Source of the DNA: an uncultured Ignavibacteriales bacterium
GTDB taxonomy: Bacteria > Bacteroidota > Ignavibacteria > T3Sed10-11
NCBI GenBank assembly: GCA_964495085.1
Contig: CAZBUK010000003.1
Span: 4,528 to 68,527, forward strand
Direction of reading: 5' to 3'
DNA length: 64,000 nt
Positions 49,095 to 56,296 of the stretch are shown here, in pieces; positions within the stretch are counted from its first letter, which is position 1; each line of letters starts with the position of its first letter. The notes beneath the pieces are model-generated. The model made no database searches, was not told the DNA's origin, and worked only from the letters and a program-made list of their open reading frames with translations. The position numbers and the translations under genes are program-made.

Positions 49095-50423
49095 ATGAAA
49101 CAGACAGTTAAAGAGACAGAATATTTTCCCGGGATCGAACGCATAACGTTCGAGGGGAGCGAGTCGGATAATCCGTTCGCATTTAAATGGTACGACGAAA
49201 ATGCCGTCGTGGCAGGCCGGACAATGAAAGAATATTTCCGGTTTGCGGTTGCCTACTGGCATTCGTTTCGCGGAACCGGTCAGGATCCGTTCGGCATGGG
49301 AACCCGATGTATGCCCTGGAATAAATCCGGGGATCCTCTGAGCCGCGCGAAATCGACGATGGATGCGGCATTCGAGTTTATTACCAAGCTCGGAGCGCCG
49401 TTCTACTGCTTCCACGATTTCGATATCATAGACGAAGGGAGCAGTATCGAGGAATCGGATCATCGGATCAAAACGCTCATCGATTATGCGAAGGAGAAGC
49501 AGCAGGAAACGGGAGTCCGGCTCCTGTGGGGAACCGCCAATCTATTTTCGCACCCGCGCTATATGAACGGAGCCGCGACGAATCCCGATTTCAACGTTCT
49601 CTCGTATGCGGCCGTTCAGGTCAAACGCGCGATAGATTTCACCTACGAGCTCGGCGGAGAAAATTATGTGTTCTGGGGGGGGCGTGAAGGATACACCTCG
49701 CTTCTGAACACGAATATGAAGCGGGAAAAGGATCACCTTGCCGGATTCCTCTCGCTGGCGCGCGATTACGCCCGGAAGATCGGTTTCGACGGCACCCTGC
49801 TGATCGAACCGAAACCGATGGAACCGTCAAAGCATCAGTATGATTACGATGTCGAGACGGTTATCGGCTTCCTGCGCGCGTACGGACTCGATACAGATTT
49901 CAAGCTCAACATCGAGGTCAACCACGCGACGCTTGCCGGACATACCTTCCAGCACGAGATCCAGTGCGCCGTAGATGCCGGCATGCTGGGAAGCATCGAT
50001 GCCAACCGCGGCGACTATCAGAACGGATGGGATACGGATCAGTTTAGCGTCAATCTGTTTGAGCTTGTCCAGGCAATGCTCATCGTCCTCGAAGCAGGCG
50101 GTTTCGGAAAGGGCGGTGTGAACTTCGACGCTAAGGTGCGCCGGACATCGACCGACCCGGAGGATCTGTTCATCGGCCACATAACGGGTATGGATTCGTT
50201 CGCACGTGCACTCCTTGTAGCCGATAGAATACTGAGAGAATCGCCGTATAAAACCCTCCGTCGCGATCGATACAGCAGTTACGACAGCGGTGAGGGGAAG
50301 CGGTTCGAGAATGGGGAACTCAGTCTTGAAGACCTGAGTCGGATGGGTAACCTCAACGGAGAGCCGAAACAGATCAGCGGAAAACAGGAATTACTCGAAC
50401 GTATTATCACTATGTTTATGTGA
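49095..50423 (+). CDS. xylA: Xylose isomerase (class II), copy 2
   Basis: It carries the same XylA signature blocks as copy 1 ([68 protein letters not shown]). Identity to copy 1 is about 75% aa. The track ORF is 49020..50423. I start it at the ATG at 49095, which is preceded by GAGGG. Confidence 0.93.
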   Translation: MKQTVKETEYFPGIERITFEGSESDNPFAFKWYDENAVVAGRTMKEYFRFAVAYWHSFRGTGQDPFGMGTRCMPWNKSGDPLSRAKSTMDAAFEFITKLGAPFYCFHDFDIIDEGSSIEESDHRIKTLIDYAKEKQQETGVRLLWGTANLFSHPRYMNGAATNPDFNVLSYAAVQVKRAIDFTYELGGENYVFWGGREGYTSLLNTNMKREKDHLAGFLSLARDYARKIGFDGTLLIEPKPMEPSKHQYDYDVETVIGFLRAYGLDTDFKLNIEVNHATLAGHTFQHEIQCAVDAGMLGSIDANRGDYQNGWDTDQFSVNLFELVQAMLIVLEAGGFGKGGVNFDAKVRRTSTDPEDLFIGHITGMDSFARALLVADRILRESPYKTLRRDRYSSYDSGEGKRFENGELSLEDLSRMGNLNGEPKQISGKQELLERIITMFM

Positions 50424-50662
50424 TGAATTGAAACTTTGAGGGAATGCGGGATTTCTGGAGCCTCGATAGATCGGTCTATTGAATCCCGTCGAGAGAAGTC
50501 TCGTTTGTGACCTGTGTCCTGATTTTATCGGTGGAAATCGAATATATCTGCCGGAGAGGAACGACATTCATCGGGATTGGTGAGCATTTTATCCTATACG
50601 ATCGCCTTACGATCATTGTGGATATGATATGGATTCTCAGGAATAAAATAAAAAAAGGGAGC

Positions 50663-50724
50663 TTGACTTTTTAATAATCTCAATATATATTGAACTAGTT
50701 CAATTCATTTTTAATCAGTTCAAT
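50663..50724 (+). promoter_or_regulatory. Sigma70-like promoter TTGACT-17-TATATT with two downstream operator-like repeats (AACTAGTTCAAT and AATCAGTTCAAT, 20 bp apart) upstream of TonB-dependent receptor #2
   Basis: gagcTTGACTttttaataatctcaataTATATTgAACTAGTTCAATtcatttttAATCAGTTCAATatattc. TTGAACTAGTTCAA is itself a perfect 14-bp palindrome. The receptor start lies about 490 nt downstream, giving a long leader. Confidence 0.55.
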
Positions 50725-51213
50725 ATATTCTAGTCAAGTCTCTCTCAGATTTCTAACAGAGAAGCTGCCAATCGTCTGAACCGGCGTAAATCCCAATCGC
50801 TCAGGACTAAATATCGAGATGAGAAAGCATGATCCCTGACTCATTATCGGCAGCGCTCCTTAAATTAATATTCCCGGCGACGCCTAGTTCGGTACGCTGT
50901 CTTCATTGCCGCAACCGGATCGCCGGATATCCCGGCCGGCTGCACAAGTAATAAAACCAGAGGAGATAATCTGTGTTACGGATACATAACATCTCTGTAC
51001 GGTTATCTTCCTTTCAGACAGAACATTTCTTTTCACTGAGAAATTTTTCCTCAATCGAAATAAACCATAATCGTTAGCTCGAATTTATGAACTATCGGAA
51101 GCGCGACCTCTGGCGCATTTGATCCGCTCCACAGGTTCCTCTGTTACTAAAAATGTAAAATAAATAATCGATATCGAAGTACAAAGCGTTACAATAATTT
51201 GCAGGAGGGAAAG

Positions 51214-54200
51214 ATGTTACCTCAGATCAATACCCGCGGGAATCGGTATAGTGTATTTCTCAGTCTCTTGCTTATTTTCGTATTTCAAGCCGGCATATTC
51301 GCCCAATCCGGTACCATTCGTGGGCAGGTGATCGATAACGAGACGAGAGCCCCTTTAGCCGGCGCTAATATCATCATACAGGGTACGAGTCTGGGTGCGG
51401 CAACGGATCTCAATGGGCACTATGTAGTTCGCAACGTTCCGGCTGGGTCGGTTACGATTGTTATCTCCTATATCGGATATGACAGAATCACGATGGAGAT
51501 TACCGTTACCGCCAATAGAATCATAGAGCAGGACTTTGCTCTTCGCTCGACCTTAATCGAAGGAGAAACGATCGTCATTACGGCTCAGGGTGAAGGGCAA
51601 GTATCGGCCATTCAACAACAGATCGCCTCGAATAAGATAGTGAATATCGTATCCGAGGCAAGGATCCAGGAACTTCCGGATTTCAACGCCGCTCAGGCAA
51701 TAGCCCGCTTGCCCGGAATCTCGACATTGAAAAGCTCGGGCGAGGACAACAAGGTCGTCATCAGAGGATTGGCTCCTCAATTCAACGCAATCGAAGTCGG
51801 AGGAGTTAAGCTCGGCGCTACCGGTAGTACGCAAATCGGAGCAACCTCTCAGGGAGGTACCGCCGGTAACGTCAGCAGCGACAGGAGCGTCGATCTCTCG
51901 CTGATTACGCCCTATATGATAAAATCCATATCCCTCTATAAAGCAATCACCCCCGATATGAATGCAAATGTCATCGGCGGGTTGGTGAATATAGAATTGA
52001 GGGAAGCTCCGTCCGGATTTCGCGGCGACGTTCTCTGGCAATCCGGCTACACGCAAAAGAGCGGCCAATATGGGAACTATAGAACCGTCGTATCTGCAAG
52101 CAACAGATTCTTTAACGACCGTCTCGGCGCATACGTCCTGCTGAATGCAGAGTCCTATGATCGTAACGCGGATAATATGAGCGCCGGTTATCGTATCGTT
52201 CAGCATTTCCGCGGAGAGGGCAGATTTTCCGACGTAGCAGTTGATAATGTACAGCTGAGTCGGTTCATTGAAAACAGGCAGCGCTACGGGGCTAACCTGA
52301 TCCTCGACTACCCGCTTCCCAACGGCAGTATTAAGTTGATCAATATGTTTGCACGTCTGCGTTCTGATTTCAACGATCACAGGATGGTAATGAACTACAC
52401 TTCAAATAACATTACCTTCAATTACAGAGAAGGGGTCAATCACATCGACATGGTATTGAATTCGTTGAAATTCGAATATGATCTCGGGAGGGTGCTCGTA
52501 GATGTGACGGCGGCAAATAATTCTTCCAGAAATGACCTACCCGAAACTCCCCGCCTCAATTATTTACTGGCTGGAGGGATAGTTAAAACCGGAGAGACAC
52601 CGCGAAACACCGTTCCCGAAGAATTGACACAATTTATCGCCTTCGAAGAACGTGGGGGAGCAGATCAGACGGTTCTGACACAAATAGACCTCTTCAGTTC
52701 CAAATACAGAGAAACCAATCGTTCGGTGAACGCAAATTTCACTCTGCCCTTTGCCCTGAGTACATCTTTCTCCGGATATTTCAAAGCTGGCGGTGTTTTT
52801 AGGTACGAAAACCGTACGATGGACCAGGAAACCCCTTATGTCGGTATGGGACTCACGAGCGATATTCAGCGGCGGATGATGGATGCCCTGATGGCTGAGT
52901 TCAATGTGCAATTACCATCTGGACAAGGGCTCTTTCCCGCCTCGACGTTTTCTTCCCGTAATTCGGACCTCCTTAAACCCTTTTTAAATGATAAGTTCGG
53001 ACGCTTTTTGTGGGCCGGTGACCCCACCATACCGGTAGGATTCGCACGGTACCTGTCGGCGCATCGGGAGGAATTTGCTGGTGTGGGCTCCGGACCGGAG
53101 GGTGCGGGTGGATGGTATGACGGGCCATTCCAACAGCTCGCCAACGATTTTGAATATACAGAAAGGTATTATGCCGGTTACTTGATGACCGAAATAAATT
53201 TCCTCAATTTTATGATAGTGGGCGGCGTTAGATATGAGTTAAATAAATCCGAATTTTTTGCATACAATATGGTTGATGCCCGTAATCCGCCTACTCAGGT
53301 ATGGACGGAGACTACCGTATATCCGGAGAACGAATTCTGGTTGCCGATGGTACAGGTCCGGTATAAGCCGTTTGGCTGGGGAGATGTCCGGTATGCGTAC
53401 ACTCAAACACTCGCCCGCCCGGACTTTCACATGCTCTCGCCGCGTGTTTCCTTTTCATACGATCACCGCAACCTCTGGACCGGCAATCCGGATCTTAAAC
53501 CGGCGGAGGCATTAAATCACGATCTTATAGTGACCTTGTACAGCAACCGGTTAGGATTATTCTCTGTCGGAGGATTCCACAAAACGGTATCGAACTTCTC
53601 CTATTATACGCAGTATGCGGTGTATGAGGCGAGCCGGATGCGGCCCGGACTCGAAAGCGTTGAATCGATCACCGAAAGAACCGGCAACACACCGCAGGTA
53701 GGCGCTATTTTAAATACTTACGTCAATTCGGCTTACGACGCAACGGTGAAAGGAATCGAGGTAGATTTTCAAACCCGACTCTGGTATTTGCCCGGCCTGT
53801 TGAAAGGGATTGTGCTCGGGGCGAATTTTACCACTATTCAATCCAAAGCCACATATCCGTGGAGAGACACCTTTACCATACTGAATCCCAACCCTCCGCC
53901 CAGAAACATTCCCGACGTAGTCGACAGCACTCGTACGGGCCGGTTGATCAACCAGCCGGATAATATCGTAAATACATATATCGGTTACGACTACATGGGA
54001 TTTTCCACCCGTTTCTCATATACCTTCATCGAAAACGCCATGAGCGGCATCGGAAGGTTCGACGAACAGGACGGATTTACGAGGGATTACCACAGGCTTG
54101 ATATCTCCGCTCGGCAGAAATTACCCTTTATGGGAATGGAAGTATACTTAGACCTTAATAACCTTAATGCGGCAACCAATGTTTCGGCACAGAAAACGAT

Positions 54201-54267
54201 CGGAGGATTTACGAATCAGCAGTTATACGGTCTCACTGCGAACCTCGGATTCCGTTTGAGGTTATAA
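51214..54267 (+). CDS. TonB-dependent outer-membrane receptor/transporter (copy 2, paralog of the receptor at 34075..37086)
   Basis: Signal peptide plus a CarboxypepD_reg-like segment GTIRGQVIDNETRAPLAGANIIIQGTSLGAATDLNGHYVV. Plug motifs are DFNAAQAIARLPGIS and GLAPQFNAIEVGG. Its domain order is collinear with copy 1. The track ORF starts with TTG at 51199. I start it at the ATG at 51214, which is preceded by GCAGGAGGG. Confidence 0.85.
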   Translation: MLPQINTRGNRYSVFLSLLLIFVFQAGIFAQSGTIRGQVIDNETRAPLAGANIIIQGTSLGAATDLNGHYVVRNVPAGSVTIVISYIGYDRITMEITVTANRIIEQDFALRSTLIEGETIVITAQGEGQVSAIQQQIASNKIVNIVSEARIQELPDFNAAQAIARLPGISTLKSSGEDNKVVIRGLAPQFNAIEVGGVKLGATGSTQIGATSQGGTAGNVSSDRSVDLSLITPYMIKSISLYKAITPDMNANVIGGLVNIELREAPSGFRGDVLWQSGYTQKSGQYGNYRTVVSASNRFFNDRLGAYVLLNAESYDRNADNMSAGYRIVQHFRGEGRFSDVAVDNVQLSRFIENRQRYGANLILDYPLPNGSIKLINMFARLRSDFNDHRMVMNYTSNNITFNYREGVNHIDMVLNSLKFEYDLGRVLVDVTAANNSSRNDLPETPRLNYLLAGGIVKTGETPRNTVPEELTQFIAFEERGGADQTVLTQIDLFSSKYRETNRSVNANFTLPFALSTSFSGYFKAGGVFRYENRTMDQETPYVGMGLTSDIQRRMMDALMAEFNVQLPSGQGLFPASTFSSRNSDLLKPFLNDKFGRFLWAGDPTIPVGFARYLSAHREEFAGVGSGPEGAGGWYDGPFQQLANDFEYTERYYAGYLMTEINFLNFMIVGGVRYELNKSEFFAYNMVDARNPPTQVWTETTVYPENEFWLPMVQVRYKPFGWGDVRYAYTQTLARPDFHMLSPRVSFSYDHRNLWTGNPDLKPAEALNHDLIVTLYSNRLGLFSVGGFHKTVSNFSYYTQYAVYEASRMRPGLESVESITERTGNTPQVGAILNTYVNSAYDATVKGIEVDFQTRLWYLPGLLKGIVLGANFTTIQSKATYPWRDTFTILNPNPPPRNIPDVVDSTRTGRLINQPDNIVNTYIGYDYMGFSTRFSYTFIENAMSGIGRFDEQDGFTRDYHRLDISARQKLPFMGMEVYLDLNNLNAATNVSAQKTIGGFTNQQLYGLTANLGFRLRL

Positions 54268-54317
54268 AGAAAATATCTACTGTCATCCAACAATAAACAT
54301 CCAAGGAGGTATGTACG

Positions 54318-56078
54318 ATGAAACGAATTTCTACAATCATGTGCGTCATGATGATAGCGACAATCTCGTTATTCGCACAAAAAACCGTTGTACCTGTCCC
54401 GAGCGATCTCGGTACCGAAGGGAATCTAAACGCTGCGATTCAGGCTGCAATAGATGCCGGTGAACTGTCCAATACCATCTTCGAATTAGAGCCGTACGGC
54501 TATTATATTCTTTCCAGTTCGATCGTTGTTCCGGCGGGTGAACATCTGGAAATCGTCGGCCCGGTACCGGGGACTACGCAAGAAACCTCTCCTCCACAGA
54601 TATTGTGGACAGCCACGGGCGGAGTTGCGACCGATATGTTAATCGAATCCTACGGGGAAATTACACTCAAGAATATATGGATCTTGTACGCAAACGCGGC
54701 AGGCGATCAGGTCGGGACGACTATTCAGATACAACCGAATCCGAACGGTCCCGAAACGGCCACCTTCGAGAACGTGATCTTCGATTGGTCTCCCACCCCC
54801 TCGAACGCCGGCGGAGCCGTCTCCAATACCTCCGAAGGTCTGATCGCTATATTCAGAAATTGCTATTTCAAGAATGCCGTCGATTTTCACCTCCGGTATT
54901 ACGGCAGGGCGCTCTCGTTCCCATACCAGGCCAGGGGATGGCATAACGAATATGTGCTATTTGAGAATACTACCTTTGCAAATATCGGGTATGTTTATAT
55001 GCAGGAGGAAAACAATTGGGGTTCCAATGTCCATTTCAATCACTGTACGTTCCTGAACACAGTCATGTTTACATTGCAAACCGGATGGTGGTACAAAATG
55101 TCCATTACAAACTCCATTTTTGTTAATCCGTTCATGTTTGGTTATATCCCCGCACAGCTCGGTGCAGACGGCGAAATGAACGGGAGTTTAATCCGGATCG
55201 ACAGCGCTGCAACATTCTTGTTTAACGTACCTTTCTCTGAACAGGATCGCCGCATACTGTTTGCACACAACAGCCATTATTACGAAGACTGGTTAGTGGA
55301 TTGGATAGCGAATAACCCGTACGCAAATGCCTTACGTGATGACTTTCGTGCGGATGAGATACCCGTTCTGCATCCCCCATTAAGCCCCGGGACTCTTGAA
55401 TTCTTAGATGGATTAGACGACGAGGGCGATAAGCTCTTTCCATATATGAACAAGGTGAATTTTTATGAGAACGTCAATCCGGGTTTTATCGAACCTCCCA
55501 CGAATCTCGATGACCTCAAAGACTTTTTAAGGAGAAAGTGGGATGACAACACTCAGAATATGTGGGCATATTTTCCCGAGGACGGCGTGAACCAAATGTG
55601 GCCCATGAGAGAAGACTTATCCTACACAAACGAAACGTTGCAATCTGCAAGTATAGGCGGATTCCCGCTGGGAGACCTGTATCGGTGGTGGCCCGAACAA
55701 TATGCACAGTGGGAAGCTCAAAAGGAAGATGAGTGGGATCGCATTCTGAACTGGCTCGAGACGGGCAGTGATGAACCGGTGAGCGTCCGTGAAATTACGG
55801 GCGGTCAGATTCCGCAGGAATATGTCCTCCGCCAGAATTATCCGAATCCGTTCAACCCGGCCACGGAGATCGGGTATTCCATCCCTGTAAGCGGCAACGT
55901 CTCTTTGAAAGTATTTAATTACCTTGGACAGGAAATAAGATCGCTGTACGATGGTTATCAGGAAGCCGGTAATTATATCGCTACGTTCGATGCGACAGGC
56001 CTGGCAAGCGGTATGTATATATACCAGCTGCAGTCCGAGAGTAAGTCTCTGACGAAAAAATTGATACTTTTGAAGTAA
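54318..56078 (+). CDS. Secreted right-handed beta-helix protein with a T9SS C-terminal domain (paralog of the protein at 37225..39093). It is the partner of TonB-dependent receptor #2.
   Basis: Signal peptide MKRISTIMCVMMIATISLFAQ. Beta-helix-like coils (HFNHCTFLNTVMFTL...SITNSIFVNP). A block is shared with the 37225 protein (GGFPLGDLYRWWPEQYAQWEAQKE versus GGYPLGDLNWFPEQKAAWETEKE). The CTD is NYPNPFNPATEIGYSIPVSGNVSLKVFNYLGQEIRSL...GMYIYQLQSESKSLTKKLILLK. It lies 50 bp after the receptor and is preceded by an SD AAGGAGG. Confidence 0.75.
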   Translation: MKRISTIMCVMMIATISLFAQKTVVPVPSDLGTEGNLNAAIQAAIDAGELSNTIFELEPYGYYILSSSIVVPAGEHLEIVGPVPGTTQETSPPQILWTATGGVATDMLIESYGEITLKNIWILYANAAGDQVGTTIQIQPNPNGPETATFENVIFDWSPTPSNAGGAVSNTSEGLIAIFRNCYFKNAVDFHLRYYGRALSFPYQARGWHNEYVLFENTTFANIGYVYMQEENNWGSNVHFNHCTFLNTVMFTLQTGWWYKMSITNSIFVNPFMFGYIPAQLGADGEMNGSLIRIDSAATFLFNVPFSEQDRRILFAHNSHYYEDWLVDWIANNPYANALRDDFRADEIPVLHPPLSPGTLEFLDGLDDEGDKLFPYMNKVNFYENVNPGFIEPPTNLDDLKDFLRRKWDDNTQNMWAYFPEDGVNQMWPMREDLSYTNETLQSASIGGFPLGDLYRWWPEQYAQWEAQKEDEWDRILNWLETGSDEPVSVREITGGQIPQEYVLRQNYPNPFNPATEIGYSIPVSGNVSLKVFNYLGQEIRSLYDGYQEAGNYIATFDATGLASGMYIYQLQSESKSLTKKLILLK

Positions 56079-56092
56079 CTACATCTCTGCAT

Positions 56093-56122
56093 GCGGGCGT
56101 ATACGATTTAAGTATACGCCCG
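56093..56122 (+). terminator. Hairpin terminator after the second T9SS beta-helix gene
   Basis: GCGGGCGTATAC-gatttaa-GTATACGCCCG is an 11-12-bp GC-rich stem. It is followed by tatgtttgtg. Confidence 0.5.
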
Positions 56123-56296
56123 TATGTTTGTGACGTCACAGCACCGCTCGAAACAGATATTCCAAACCAAATATTCACTATACGCATACATAAATATAAA
56201 GGAGGTGAAAGATTATTCCTGACTGGTTATCGGTATTTCTGTTCGACGTAGATGAATTTCATCCACTTTCTAACACATTCATATCGGAGGTAATGT

